In this document: in pieces, positions 31,104-41,858 of the stretch
How the letters are laid out: each line of letters opens with the position of its first letter
How positions within the stretch are numbered: position 1 is the stretch's first letter
Program-made: the position numbers and the translations under genes
Notes under the pieces: generated by a model
Told to the model about the DNA's origin: nothing
Databases searched by the model: none
Seen by the model: only the letters and a program-made list of their open reading frames with translations
NCBI GenBank assembly: GCA_016779015.1
Contig: JADHOK010000001.1
Location: 1 to 50,118 of the forward strand
Source: PS1 clade bacterium
GTDB taxonomy: Bacteria; Pseudomonadota; Alphaproteobacteria; RS24
DNA: 50,118 nucleotides
Reading direction: 5' to 3'

Positions 31104-32086
31104 GTCGATCAGGGGATATTTCATTTTCAAGCCGCGTGCTTTTGGCGCCCATGTCGGGCGTCACTGATTTCGCTTTCCGCAAGGCGGTCGCGAAAGTCAG
31201 CCGCGTCTCTGTGGTGTCGGAAATGGTGGCCAGCAAGGAGCTGGTGCGCGCGCGCGCCGATGTGGTGCGCCGCGCTGAGGGGGCCGGATTATCGCCGTTT
31301 ATTTTGCAACTGGCCGGACGCGACCCGCATTGGATGGAACAGGGCGCAAGGTTAGCTTGCGACGCCGGTGCCGATATTGTGGACATTAATATGGGCTGTC
31401 CGTCGCGGCAGGTGACCGGCGGTTTTTCCGGCTCGGCGCTGATGCGCGATGAAGGGCTGGCTGAGGCGATTATCACCGGTACGATTGCCGGCAGCACGAA
31501 ACCGGTGACATTGAAAATGCGCCTTGGATGGGACCATGACAGTCTCAATGCGCCGCATATTGCTCGGCGCGCCGAGGCGCTAGGGGTGCAGATGATTACC
31601 GTGCATGGCCGCACGCGCTGTCAGTTTTATAAAGGCGAAGCCGATTGGGCGGCGGTGCGCGCTACGGTTGAAGCGGTGAATGTGCCGGTGATTGTCAATG
31701 GCGATATTGTCGACGGGCCGACCGCCAAAGCGGCGCTCGATGCGTCGGGCGCAGCCGGTGTGATGATAGGGCGCGCCAGCATTGGCCGTCCTTGGTTGCC
31801 CGGTCAAATTGAAACCTATCTCGATACCGGCATTTGGCCCGGCGACCCGGGCGCGGCGCAGCAATGGCGTATTTTCGCTGACTGGTATGATGATTGTCTG
31901 GCGCTGTATGGCGAAACTCTGGGTATTCGCGTGGCGCGCAAACATATTGCCGGATTTGTCGAAAGCCTGATGGGCGGGAAAGCCGGGCGCGAAACCCGCG
32001 CCGCTATTTGCCGGCTCGAAGAACCGACGCGTGTGCTGCAGGCGATGCACGAGCTGTATGATGTTTCCGACAGCGAGGCGGCTTAA
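31097..32086 (+). CDS. dusB: tRNA-dihydrouridine synthase B (NifR3 family)
   Basis: [39 protein letters not shown]. Confidence 0.95.
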   Translation: MTSRSGDISFSSRVLLAPMSGVTDFAFRKAVAKVSRVSVVSEMVASKELVRARADVVRRAEGAGLSPFILQLAGRDPHWMEQGARLACDAGADIVDINMGCPSRQVTGGFSGSALMRDEGLAEAIITGTIAGSTKPVTLKMRLGWDHDSLNAPHIARRAEALGVQMITVHGRTRCQFYKGEADWAAVRATVEAVNVPVIVNGDIVDGPTAKAALDASGAAGVMIGRASIGRPWLPGQIETYLDTGIWPGDPGAAQQWRIFADWYDDCLALYGETLGIRVARKHIAGFVESLMGGKAGRETRAAICRLEEPTRVLQAMHELYDVSDSEAA

Positions 32087-33202
32087 ATGACCTCGCCGAA
32101 CGAAAAGATACTGCTCGACACGCTGCCACAGCCGGTGGTCTCCATCGGCGCTAATCGCCATGTCACCTATGCCAATTTTGCGGCGCAGGAATTTTTCGGC
32201 TCCAGCCTCAGTCTTTTGCGCCGCCAGCACATCGTCAATGTGTTGCCTTTCGGCAGTCCGGTCATCAGCTTGATTGAGCGCTGTCTCGATAATAATTTGA
32301 GTTTTAACGAATATGGCATCGATCTTGGGTCGCCGCCGACCGCAATGGGCAATGCTAGCGGTCGCACGGTTGACCTGCATGTGACGCCGACCGAGCCGGA
32401 GCCGGGCGCGCGCCATGCGCTGATTGTTATTCAGCCGCGCTCTATCGCGCACCATATTGACCGGCAGTTAACCCATCGCGGCGCCGCGCGTTCGGTCTCC
32501 GCGATGAGTGCCATGCTGGCGCATGAGATTAAAAATCCGCTTTCGGGCATTAAAGGCGCGGCGCAATTACTGGAGGGCGATGCCGGCCCTGAAGGGGTGG
32601 AATTGACGCGCCTGATTTGCAGCGAGACCGATCGCATTACCGGTCTGGTCGATCAATTCGAGCAATTCACCGAAAACCATGCCGACCTCGACAGCGCTGT
32701 GAATGTTCATGCGGTGCTGGAAAATGTCCGCCTTTTGGCGACCAGCGGTTTCGGCAAACACGCCCATTTTGTCGAGAATTACGACCCGTCACTACCCGCC
32801 GTGAAAGGCAATAAAGACCTGCTGACACAAGTCTTCCTCAACCTCGTGAAGAATGCCTCTGAGGCGGTGAGCGGCAAAAAAGCCGAGATCAAACTGACCT
32901 CTTCCTTCCGGCCCGGCGTGCGCCTGTCTGTGCCGGGGCGGGCGCGACCGGTCAGTCTGCCGCTGGAGTTCAGCGTTATCGACAATGGCAGTGGTGTGCC
33001 GGAGGATATCAAGGCGCATTTATTTGACCCGTTTGTCACCACCAAATCGAGCGGCACCGGCTTGGGGCTGGCGCTGGTCGCCAAGATAATCGGCGACCAT
33101 GGCGGCACCATTGAGTGCACCAGCGAGCCGGGTCGTACTGAATTTTGTGTTCGTCTGCCGATGATTGATGAAGCAGTCGGAGAATTAAAGGGAGAGGCCT
33201 GA
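32087..33202 (+). CDS. ntrB: Nitrogen regulation sensor kinase NtrB
   Basis: PAS domain, [29 protein letters not shown]. Confidence 0.95.
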   Translation: MTSPNEKILLDTLPQPVVSIGANRHVTYANFAAQEFFGSSLSLLRRQHIVNVLPFGSPVISLIERCLDNNLSFNEYGIDLGSPPTAMGNASGRTVDLHVTPTEPEPGARHALIVIQPRSIAHHIDRQLTHRGAARSVSAMSAMLAHEIKNPLSGIKGAAQLLEGDAGPEGVELTRLICSETDRITGLVDQFEQFTENHADLDSAVNVHAVLENVRLLATSGFGKHAHFVENYDPSLPAVKGNKDLLTQVFLNLVKNASEAVSGKKAEIKLTSSFRPGVRLSVPGRARPVSLPLEFSVIDNGSGVPEDIKAHLFDPFVTTKSSGTGLGLALVAKIIGDHGGTIECTSEPGRTEFCVRLPMIDEAVGELKGEA

Positions 33203-34644
33203 TGAGCAAAGGAACCGTTTTGGTCGCCGATGATGACCGCGCCATTCGCACCGTATTGACGCAAGCGTTGGGGCGCGCCGGTTTCGACGTCCGCGCCGGC
33301 GACACCGCCGCCTCGCTTTGGCAATGGGTCAGCAATGGTGAAGGCGATGTGGTTGTCACCGATGTTATGATGCCCGACCAAAACGCTTTTGACGTTATCC
33401 CGCGCATCAAAAAACTGCGCCCCGATTTACCGATTATCGTCATCAGCGCCAAGAACACGCTCGGCACGGCCATTACGGCGGCCGAGAAAGGGGCGTTTGA
33501 TTACCTGCCCAAGCCGTTTGACTTGAGCGAATTAACGGCAATGGTGCAGCGCGCGGTCGATGCGCCCAACGAGGGCATCGCCCCCAAATTGGAAGCCGGC
33601 GATGAAGACGGCTTGCCACTGGTCGGCGCATCACCTGCCATGCAGGAGATTTATCGCTCGGTGGCGCGGATGACGCAAAATGATTTGTCCGTGCTCATCA
33701 CCGGCGAAAGCGGCACCGGTAAAGAGCTGGTCGCCAAAGCACTGCACGATTTCGGCACCCGCAAGCGCGGCCAGTTTGTCGCCCTCAATATGGCCGCGAT
33801 TCCCCGCGAGTTGATTGAGAGTGAATTATTCGGTCACGAAAAGGGCGCGTTCACCGGGGCCAGTCAGCGCATGGATGGCCGCTTCGCACAGGCCGAAGGC
33901 GGCACGCTGTTCCTCGATGAGATTGGCGATATGCCGATGGAAACGCAAACCCGTCTGCTGCGGGTGTTGCAGGAGGGTGAATACACGACGATTGGCGGTC
34001 GTCAGCCGATTAAAACCGATGTGCGGGTTATTGCGGCAACCCACCAAGACCTGCGTCGTCTTATTCGCCAGGGTTTGTTTCGCGAAGACTTATATTTCCG
34101 CCTCAATGTGGTGCCGTTGCGACTGCCGCCTTTGCGCGAGCGGTCAGAGGATATTGAGGAATTGGTGCGTCACTTTATGGCGCGCGTTGTCAATGAGGGG
34201 CTGTCGGCGAAGAGCTTTGACCGCGAGGCATTTGAAGCGCTGAAAGCGCATAGCTGGCCGGGCAATGTGCGCGAGCTGGAAAATCTGGTGCGGCGTTTGT
34301 CGGCGCTGCACGCCGATGAAGTTATCGGTGCCGAAGCGGTGTCGCTGGAACTCACCGAAAACGACATGGCACCGCCGCAAGACCAGCAATCGGGCAGCAA
34401 TCTGACCGAGAGCCTGCATTTCCATCTCGGCAATTATTTCAAAGGTCATGGAAATTCGCTGCCGCCCAATGGTTTGTATGAGCGGGTGATGCGCGAGGTC
34501 GAGACGCCGCTTATCGAGCTTTGTCTGGAAGCGACGCGCGGCAATCAGATAAGGGCGGCGGAATTATTGGGGGTAAACCGCAACACGTTGCGCAAGAAAA
34601 TCCGCGACCTCAATATCGAAGTGGTGCGCAGCAGCAAAAAATAA
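33202..34644 (+). CDS. ntrC: Nitrogen regulation protein NtrC (sigma54 enhancer-binding)
   Basis: Receiver domain, [31 protein letters not shown], Fis-type [13 protein letters not shown]. Confidence 0.96.
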   Translation: MSKGTVLVADDDRAIRTVLTQALGRAGFDVRAGDTAASLWQWVSNGEGDVVVTDVMMPDQNAFDVIPRIKKLRPDLPIIVISAKNTLGTAITAAEKGAFDYLPKPFDLSELTAMVQRAVDAPNEGIAPKLEAGDEDGLPLVGASPAMQEIYRSVARMTQNDLSVLITGESGTGKELVAKALHDFGTRKRGQFVALNMAAIPRELIESELFGHEKGAFTGASQRMDGRFAQAEGGTLFLDEIGDMPMETQTRLLRVLQEGEYTTIGGRQPIKTDVRVIAATHQDLRRLIRQGLFREDLYFRLNVVPLRLPPLRERSEDIEELVRHFMARVVNEGLSAKSFDREAFEALKAHSWPGNVRELENLVRRLSALHADEVIGAEAVSLELTENDMAPPQDQQSGSNLTESLHFHLGNYFKGHGNSLPPNGLYERVMREVETPLIELCLEATRGNQIRAAELLGVNRNTLRKKIRDLNIEVVRSSKK

Positions 34645-34718
34645 ACTCGGCCCCCATCGGGGCTTGCCCACTGGCTTGGGGCTGATAAACTCTCAGCACA
34701 TTTGAGGGAGGATTTTCC

Positions 34719-35843
34719 ATGGGTAAAGGACCGCTGAGCGGCGTAAAAATCATTGAAATGGCAGGCATTGGCCCGGGGCCGTTTTGCGCCATGTTGCTGT
34801 CGGATATGGGTGCCGACATTATTCGCATTGACCGCAAAGGCGGTGCCGGGGGCTATGCGACCGACTCCAATAGCCGTGGCCGCAAATCGATTGCGCTGGA
34901 TTTGAAAAAACCCGAAGCCCTTGAGGCGGTGCTGAAACTGGTCGAGCAGGCCGACGTTATTCAAGAGGGTTTTCGCCCCGGCGTGATGGAGCGCCTCGGC
35001 CTTGGCCCGGATGTCGTGCAAGCCCGCAATCCTAAGATCGTCTATGGACGGATGACCGGCTGGGGCCAATTCGGTTCGCTGTCGCAAGCCGCCGGCCACG
35101 ACATTAATTACATCGCGCTGACCGGCGCGCTGGCTGCCATCGGCAAAGATAAACCGGTACCGCCGCTCAATCTGGTCGGCGATTTTGGCGGCGGCGCGCT
35201 CTATCTCGCCATGGGTATATGCGCGGCGCTGGTCGAGGCCGGTAAGTCGGGCAAAGGCCAAGTGATTGACTGCGCCATGACCGATGGCGCGACCTCGCTT
35301 ATGGGTATGTTCTTCGGCATGAAAGCTGCGGGCATTTGGGAGAACAAACCCCATGCCAATATGCTGGATGGCGCGGCGCACTTCTACGACACATACGAAA
35401 CCAAGGACGGCAAATTCGTCTCCATCGGTTCCATCGAGCCGCAATTTTATGCCTTGCTGCGCGAGAAAGCCGGTTTCGATGATGACGCGTTTGACGCGCA
35501 AATGGACAAATCGGCCTGGCCCGATTTGAAAGCCAAGCTTGTCGAGGCGTTCAAAACCAAAACCCGCGATGAATGGGACGCAATTATGCTCGGCACCGAT
35601 ATTTGTTATGCGCCGGTGTTGGATATGGATGAGGCTTACGAGCATCCGCATAACCGCGAGCGCGACACCATCACCGAAGCTTTTGGCGTTAAGCAGCCCA
35701 ATGTGGCACCGCGCTTTAGCGGCACGCCGAGCGAGATTCAAGGCCCGCCGCCAAAGATTGGCGAACACAATGATACGGCGTTTGCCGATTGGGGGCTTGG
35801 CGATGATGTGCTGGAGGGATTGAAAGCCGCCGAGGCCATTTAA
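34719..35843 (+). CDS. CaiB/BaiF family III CoA-transferase / alpha-methylacyl-CoA racemase-like
   Basis: [45 protein letters not shown]. Confidence 0.9.
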   Translation: MGKGPLSGVKIIEMAGIGPGPFCAMLLSDMGADIIRIDRKGGAGGYATDSNSRGRKSIALDLKKPEALEAVLKLVEQADVIQEGFRPGVMERLGLGPDVVQARNPKIVYGRMTGWGQFGSLSQAAGHDINYIALTGALAAIGKDKPVPPLNLVGDFGGGALYLAMGICAALVEAGKSGKGQVIDCAMTDGATSLMGMFFGMKAAGIWENKPHANMLDGAAHFYDTYETKDGKFVSIGSIEPQFYALLREKAGFDDDAFDAQMDKSAWPDLKAKLVEAFKTKTRDEWDAIMLGTDICYAPVLDMDEAYEHPHNRERDTITEAFGVKQPNVAPRFSGTPSEIQGPPPKIGEHNDTAFADWGLGDDVLEGLKAAEAI

Positions 35844-35858
35844 GGGGCTCGTCAGCTT

Positions 35859-37670
35859 TTAGTTTTCGTGGTTTATCCACCAGCTATCGAGGCGCGCGCC
35901 ATAGGCGGCGTGGCGGCCCGGATGCTCGACATAATGCCAGCGCGCCACCCATTGCGACGGGTTGTGATAAAGCGGGATGAAATAGCGCCCGCTCATCAAC
36001 GAGCGGTCGAGCGCGCGCGCGGCGGTGATGAAATCATCCATGCTTGCAGCGCTTGTCAATGCACGCGCAGCTCGGTCGACGCCCGGGTCTTTTATGCCCG
36101 CATAATTGCGACTGCCCGGCGTGTCGGCGGCGGTGCCGCCCCAATAATAAGCCTGCTCATTGCCCGGCGATAGCGAGGCGAAATAATTATAGGCAATCAA
36201 ATCAAAATCGAAATTTTGCAGGCGACGCTGATATTGGCTTGAATCGACCAGCCGCACCTTCAGGTCAACGCCAATGCCGGCCAGCATACGCCGCCATGAC
36301 AGAGCAAGGCGTTCATCGCTGCGCCGCTGAACCAAAATTTCCAGCTGCACTTTTTGGCCTTGCGGATTGATGAGCGTGTTGCCATCCATGCGATAGCCTG
36401 CCGCTTCAAGCATTTGCACAGCCTCGATGCGCTTGGCACGGTCGCGGCCGGTGCCGTCGCTTTCGGGCACCTGATAACCAAGCTCCAACTCGGCGCGCGG
36501 GATGTGGCTATCGGCCAACAGGTCGGCTTCGCCTTTGCTGATTGGGTGTCCCGAAGCGCTCAATTCGGTATTGCCGAAATAGCTATCGGTGCGCCGATAG
36601 ACATCGCCGTAAAGAATTTTATTGATCCACTGAAAATCAAAGGTCAGGTCGAGGGCTTTTCTGAGTGTGATATCGGCCAGCAGGGGACGGCGCGTATTCA
36701 TCACAAAAGCGCGCAGGCCCGACGGTGTGCCGAGCAATATGTTTTCTTTCACCACCCGGCCATCATTGGCGGCGGGGAAATTATAGCCGGTGGTCCAGCG
36801 CTGCGGATTGGTCTCGAACCAGACATCGAGGTCACCGGCTTTGAAAGCCTCGAAAGCGGTGGCGTCGTCGCGGTAATAATCCTCGTAAATGGTCGCAAAA
36901 TTATGCCGCCCGCGATTATGGGGCAGTCCGCTTGTCTCGGCATCAGCCCAATAATCGGCGCGCTTTTCAAACTTCACTTGCGCGCCCGGCGTCACCTCGA
37001 CGACCTCATAAGGGCCGGAGCCGACGGGCAGGTTGAGCGAGGCGGCCTGAATATCGCGCGTCTCATAAATATGCTTCGGCAATATCGGCATCAGCCCGAT
37101 AATCAGCGGCAATTCACGATTGAATTGATTGTCCGGCGAGGACGGTTTGAAGGTGAAGGTGACGGTGTGCGTGTCGGGCGTCGTCAGCGTAGCCACTTGG
37201 TCGTAATAATAACGGTGATTGGGGCGGCCTTTATCGCGCAATAGCTGCCATGAAAATGCGACATCAGCGGCGGTAATCGGCGCGCCATCGGCAAATGTGG
37301 CTTGCTGGCGAATGGTGAAGGTGACGCTGCTGCGGTCGGGCGCGGCGACAACGCTTTCGGCCAGTAAGCCGTAAAGCGAGAACGGCTCGTCATAATGACG
37401 GTCGAGCAGGCTCTCGAAAACCCGCTCGCGGATATTCTTGGCCGCATTGCCGCGAATGGAAAACGGGTTGAGGCTATCAAAACTGCCGATTTGCGCTTGC
37501 CGCAGGCTGCGCCCCTGCAGGGCATTGGGGCTGGCATAATTATAATGCCGAAAATCCGGTGGCAATTGCGGCGCGCCGTGCATCACCAGCGCGTGCTGTT
37601 GTGCCCATACCGGCGCGGCAATGGTCAATGACGCAAAAATGAGTGCTGCGGTAATGGTCAATCGACGCAT
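35859..37670 (-). CDS. ABC transporter family-5 solute-binding protein (YejA-like)
   Basis: Signal peptide, GSFDSLNPF, YGLLAE, GSGPY, FDFQWINK, SPGNEQ..YWG, ALDR. Confidence 0.88.
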   Translation of the reverse strand: MRRLTITAALIFASLTIAAPVWAQQHALVMHGAPQLPPDFRHYNYASPNALQGRSLRQAQIGSFDSLNPFSIRGNAAKNIRERVFESLLDRHYDEPFSLYGLLAESVVAAPDRSSVTFTIRQQATFADGAPITAADVAFSWQLLRDKGRPNHRYYYDQVATLTTPDTHTVTFTFKPSSPDNQFNRELPLIIGLMPILPKHIYETRDIQAASLNLPVGSGPYEVVEVTPGAQVKFEKRADYWADAETSGLPHNRGRHNFATIYEDYYRDDATAFEAFKAGDLDVWFETNPQRWTTGYNFPAANDGRVVKENILLGTPSGLRAFVMNTRRPLLADITLRKALDLTFDFQWINKILYGDVYRRTDSYFGNTELSASGHPISKGEADLLADSHIPRAELELGYQVPESDGTGRDRAKRIEAVQMLEAAGYRMDGNTLINPQGQKVQLEILVQRRSDERLALSWRRMLAGIGVDLKVRLVDSSQYQRRLQNFDFDLIAYNYFASLSPGNEQAYYWGGTAADTPGSRNYAGIKDPGVDRAARALTSAASMDDFITAARALDRSLMSGRYFIPLYHNPSQWVARWHYVEHPGRHAAYGARLDSWWINHEN

Positions 37671-37673
37671 GCC

Positions 37674-38414
37674 TTATCCTCTTTTAGATGGCCATATGAG
37701 CTGGCGTAACCAGCCGATGAAGCCATTATCCTTATGGTTTAAGTAATGAAGATACCGCATTGTTTTATTGTAGGTATTTATATCCTTAAACATCGTTTCG
37801 CGCTTCACCATAGGGTGCTCCGTATCGAGCTTTCTGACCTCTTTAGCGGGGTTTCCGGCGGCGATGACATTGGCTGCAATGTCTTTGGTGACCACCGAAC
37901 CGGCCCCGATAACACTATTGGCCCCGATAGAGACACCTTTGCAGACCTTCACGCCTTCGCCAAGCCACACATTGTCGCCGATATGAATGGGTGCGCGCGG
38001 CCCGGGCGAGGCCAGGCGGTCATAAATCTCGTGCCAATCAGCGTCTGAGATATAGACGCGGCTGGCAATCATCACATTATCGCCAATCGTGACATGGTCG
38101 GCGGAGACGATTTGCAGACCCGGCGTCAGCAGCGTATGGCTGCCAATATCAATGCGCCCGCGTCCGGCGGGGCCGTTTGGCCCTGCCGCATAAGACCATG
38201 CGCAGAGCCGCGACATCTGCCCGCGCGCCGTTTGAATATGCACATTATCGCCGAGGTGAATATCGTCGCCCCAGATTTCCAGGCGGTGTGGGCCGATAAC
38301 CTCAAGCCCGCTGCCGACGGATGCGAATTGCGGCTTTAAGCGCCAGCTTGTGTAAACACGGCGGCAGAAATTAACCAGCAGACGCATGGAATATGGTTTG
38401 TGATCACGACGCAT
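37674..38414 (-). CDS. Hexapeptide-repeat (LbH) acyltransferase
   Basis: IGDNVMI..SDADWH, IGDNVWLG, IGAGSVVTKD, AAGNPA; start MRRDHKPY at 38414. Confidence 0.85.
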   Translation of the reverse strand: MRRDHKPYSMRLLVNFCRRVYTSWRLKPQFASVGSGLEVIGPHRLEIWGDDIHLGDNVHIQTARGQMSRLCAWSYAAGPNGPAGRGRIDIGSHTLLTPGLQIVSADHVTIGDNVMIASRVYISDADWHEIYDRLASPGPRAPIHIGDNVWLGEGVKVCKGVSIGANSVIGAGSVVTKDIAANVIAAGNPAKEVRKLDTEHPMVKRETMFKDINTYNKTMRYLHYLNHKDNGFIGWLRQLIWPSKRG

Positions 38415-39195
38415 TGGGTTCGGTCTCGGCGGCCTTTTCTGCCTCTTGCGGCGGTTCGACGTTCCACTCGAAGCTCTTATAATCCGGCCGCTTTTCGATG
38501 GTCGGCTTGACGATGCTGAAATAGGGCGAGACATCGAAATCGCGCGGCGTGAACAAGGAGTGATGCCGAATATGCATGATTTCGCGCTGATTTTCGCGGG
38601 TAACATTGGGCAAAATGGGATAGCGCACGGTTTGGAAAGCGCGCGCAATCAGGGTAGAGCAAATCGCTTGCGTCGGCTGACCGCTGCCCAGCGCGATCAT
38701 CCGCCGTCGCCAGCGCACCGGCACGGGCGGTTGCGGCAATAAATAGCGCGCCAGATCGATAACGTTTTGGATGTCGTAAGAATGGCCGATAGAACCGATA
38801 ATATATTCGCTAACCGCCTGCCGATCATTCTCATCAATCAGGGCAGGGCGGCAGATGCGCGTATTATAGCCCAGATATTTGGTCAGCGAGACGGCGATGA
38901 CCCCCTCGGTCAAATCGGCTTCGACCAATGTGGCAGCGTGGCCGTGCTTGTCGCGCAAGCCCGACTCGCGGCCGACAAAATAGGCGGCGTGCGACCAGGT
39001 CGATTGCGTCAGATATTTAATCGCCGAGGAGACGCGCTGATTGCCCTCGACCAGCAGCACATCGCCGGGTTGCAAACACGCTTCCAATTCGGAAAGCGGG
39101 ATGAATTGATACGAGCGATAATTGAGTATCGGCTTTTCGAGATATCGTATAATGAGCCGCCCGAGAAAGCGCAGCAACGGTCTAAACATGAGCAC
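38404..39195 (-). CDS. YiiX/YebB-like permuted papain-like NlpC/P60 hydrolase
   Basis: LQPGDVLL, WSHAA (His) preceding ICSTLIA (Cys), the circularly permuted order. Confidence 0.8.
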   Translation of the reverse strand: MLMFRPLLRFLGRLIIRYLEKPILNYRSYQFIPLSELEACLQPGDVLLVEGNQRVSSAIKYLTQSTWSHAAYFVGRESGLRDKHGHAATLVEADLTEGVIAVSLTKYLGYNTRICRPALIDENDRQAVSEYIIGSIGHSYDIQNVIDLARYLLPQPPVPVRWRRRMIALGSGQPTQAICSTLIARAFQTVRYPILPNVTRENQREIMHIRHHSLFTPRDFDVSPYFSIVKPTIEKRPDYKSFEWNVEPPQEAEKAAETEPNAS

Positions 39196-39203
39196 GCGCC
39201 ATT

Positions 39204-39533
39204 CTAATGGGTGTTATTGACCCGCACTTCATATCGCGCGCCGTCAAAATCGCCGAAGATTTCGTCAACCTGCGGGTGCCGCACTGGCTCCTCGCTGGTG
39301 TCGCGCAGCAGATTTTGCTCCGACACATAGGCGATATATTCAGAATCTTCGTTTTCAGCCAGTAGGTGATAAAACGGCTGGTCTTTTCGCGGTCGCACCT
39401 CGGCCGGTATCGATTGCCACCATTCCTCAGTATTTGAGAAGGTCGGGTCGACGTCGAATATGACGCCGCGAAACTCGAAAAAACGATGCTTCACGACGTC
39501 GCCGATTTGGTATTTTGCTTTTCTTTCAATCAT
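39204..39533 (-). CDS. hspQ: Heat shock protein HspQ (YccV)
   Basis: AKYQIGDVVKHR..FRGVIFDVDP, QPFYHLLAE, AYVSEQNL. Confidence 0.93.
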   Translation of the reverse strand: MIERKAKYQIGDVVKHRFFEFRGVIFDVDPTFSNTEEWWQSIPAEVRPRKDQPFYHLLAENEDSEYIAYVSEQNLLRDTSEEPVRHPQVDEIFGDFDGARYEVRVNNTH

Positions 39534-39641
39534 GCCGCGCTCCGCGAATTGGTTTCATCTTTGTCACCATAGCACCAAATGCTTGATTTTGTGATAGCGC
39601 TCTGCAAATTTGTTGCCAGCTTTAATGATTGGACATTTAAA

Positions 39642-40742
39642 ATGACACAATATCCCGCACTGTTTTCGCCCTTCACCCTGAACGGTCTCGAAATTCCCAA
39701 CCGCATTGTTATGGCGCCGATGACGCGCAGCCATTCGCCCGGCGGCCATCCGACAGAAGATGTCGCGGCCTATTATCGCCGCCGCACTGAAGGCGGGGTG
39801 GGGCTGATTATCACCGAGGGCACAACGATTGATCACCCCTCGGCGAGCATGGACCCGAATATTCCTGATTTTCACACACCCGAAGCGCTGGACGGTTGGA
39901 AGCGCGTCGCCGATGAGGTGCACGATGCGGGCGGTCTGATTATGCCGCAGCTTTGGCACACCGGCTCGATGCGCCGCGACGGCACCGGCCTCAATCCGGA
40001 AGCCAGCACGCTATCGCCCTCAGGCCTTAAATATCCCGGCAAACAAGTCGGCGCGGCGATGACCAAGCAAGATGTCACCGATATTGCAGATGCGTTTGCC
40101 AAAGGCACCGAGGCGGCGCGCGAGGCGGGTTTTGACGGCGTGCAATTTCACGGCGCGCATGGCTATCTTATCGACACTTTCTTTTGGGAAGGCACCAATG
40201 TTCGAGGCGATGAATATGGTGGAGCGCTTGAGGAGCGCACGGCTTTTGCAGTCGAGATTATCGAAAAAGCGCGCGCTGCTGTCGGCAAGGATTTCCCGCT
40301 CATCATCCGCCTGTCGCAATGGAAGCAACAGGATTTCGACCATAAAATGGCTACCGACCCCGACAAGCTGGTCGCCTTTTTGCAGCCCATGGTCGATGCG
40401 GGCATTGATTGCTTTGACTGCTCGACGCGGCGTTTCTGGGAGCCGGAATTCAAAGGCTCGGATTTGAACTTTGCCGGCTGGACCAAAAAGCTGACCGGCC
40501 TGCCGACCATCACTGTCGGCTCGGTGGGCTTGACCGGTGAATTTGTTGCCGGCATGGGCGGCGAAAGCTCGGAAGCAGCACCGATTGACGGCCTTATCGA
40601 CCGCCTTGAAAAAGGCGAGTTTGACCTTGTTGGCGTCGGTCGCGCTTTGCTCACCGACCCGAATTGGGCGGCAAAAATTCGCGATGGCCGCTTTGACGAG
40701 CTGAAAGCTTTTGAACAAGAACACATGCTGAGCCTGTCATAA
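39642..40742 (+). CDS. NADH:flavin oxidoreductase (Old Yellow Enzyme family)
   Basis: NRIVMAPMTR, QLWHTG, GFDGVQFHGAHGYL, VGRALL. Confidence 0.92.
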   Translation: MTQYPALFSPFTLNGLEIPNRIVMAPMTRSHSPGGHPTEDVAAYYRRRTEGGVGLIITEGTTIDHPSASMDPNIPDFHTPEALDGWKRVADEVHDAGGLIMPQLWHTGSMRRDGTGLNPEASTLSPSGLKYPGKQVGAAMTKQDVTDIADAFAKGTEAAREAGFDGVQFHGAHGYLIDTFFWEGTNVRGDEYGGALEERTAFAVEIIEKARAAVGKDFPLIIRLSQWKQQDFDHKMATDPDKLVAFLQPMVDAGIDCFDCSTRRFWEPEFKGSDLNFAGWTKKLTGLPTITVGSVGLTGEFVAGMGGESSEAAPIDGLIDRLEKGEFDLVGVGRALLTDPNWAAKIRDGRFDELKAFEQEHMLSLS

Positions 40743-40761
40743 GCACGGGCGAGGGGGGCAA

Positions 40762-41388
40762 ATGATTAAGTTTTACACGGCCGAGCGCGCGCCCAATCCG
40801 CGGGCGCTGCACAATATTATCGCCATCAAAAACATTGAGGTGGAGACGGTTACTATCGATTTGACCGGTGGCGAAAACCGCAGCGCCGAGTTCACCAAAA
40901 CCAATCCGGCCGGGCAATTGCCTTGCATCGAACTGGAGGACGGGCAGGTGATTGCCGAGGTGGCGGCGATTGCCGAATATCTTGAGGAGCTGAAACCCGA
41001 CCCGGTGCTGGTCGGCAATAATGCGGCCGAGCGCGCGCATACCCGCATGCTTATGCGGCAGGTCGATTATCTGGTGCTGGCGCCGGCCATGTATGGATTC
41101 AGAAACAGCGAGGGCGCTGATTTTTTCCGCGAGCGTATGCGTATCGATGAGACCATTGGCGCGCCGATGAAGCGCAATACTGAGGACGGCATGCGCTGGC
41201 TCGACGGCCGGATGGCGGGTCAGGATTTCATTTGCGGCGACGCTTTGCGTTACGTCGATTGCATTTTCTATCCGCTGGTGTCTTTCATTGCCAAGGTCAG
41301 CCTGCCGATTGACCCGGAATTGAAAAACCTCAACACCTATATGCAGCGCCTTTCCGAGCACGAGATTATCGGAGCCAAATCGCTATGA
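40762..41388 (+). CDS. Glutathione S-transferase family protein
   Basis: APNPR, NPAGQLPCIELEDG, IAEYLEE, FICGD..YVD. Confidence 0.88.
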   Translation: MIKFYTAERAPNPRALHNIIAIKNIEVETVTIDLTGGENRSAEFTKTNPAGQLPCIELEDGQVIAEVAAIAEYLEELKPDPVLVGNNAAERAHTRMLMRQVDYLVLAPAMYGFRNSEGADFFRERMRIDETIGAPMKRNTEDGMRWLDGRMAGQDFICGDALRYVDCIFYPLVSFIAKVSLPIDPELKNLNTYMQRLSEHEIIGAKSL

Positions 41389-41798
41389 GCCCCATTCGCG
41401 GGTTTGACCCGTCGGCCACGACATCAGCCATGAGTGAGTTGATGCAGCGCGACATCGTCCGCATGGCGGATGGCGAAAGCGAAGTACATTTCACCATGGG
41501 CGAGCAGTGGGTTAATATGCAGGGCATTTTGCACGGCGGCGCTTATGCCAGCATGCTGGACACGGCGTGCGGCGTGGCGGCGCGCTCGCTGCTCGATACG
41601 GTTGTCTATAAAGGGCAGGTGACGCTGGAATTAAAGACCAGCTATTTGAAGGCCGGTTACCCCGGCAAGTATATTGCCAAAGGAAACGTGCTGCGGCGGG
41701 GCAAAAGCGTCTGCTATGCCGAAGCCAGCCTGTATAATGATAAAGGTGAAATGGTGTCGAAAGCCTCGACAACCTTCAAGTTGTTGTTGAAAGAGTGA
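41385..41798 (+). CDS. PaaI family hot-dog thioesterase
   Basis: NMQGILHGGAYASMLD, TLELKTSYL. Confidence 0.9.
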   Translation: MSPIRGFDPSATTSAMSELMQRDIVRMADGESEVHFTMGEQWVNMQGILHGGAYASMLDTACGVAARSLLDTVVYKGQVTLELKTSYLKAGYPGKYIAKGNVLRRGKSVCYAEASLYNDKGEMVSKASTTFKLLLKE

Positions 41799-41858
41799 TT
41801 AGGTTTTGGCACAAATAGTGTCATATACTCAGCTTTGTGGCGACCAAGGGAGAGAGCC

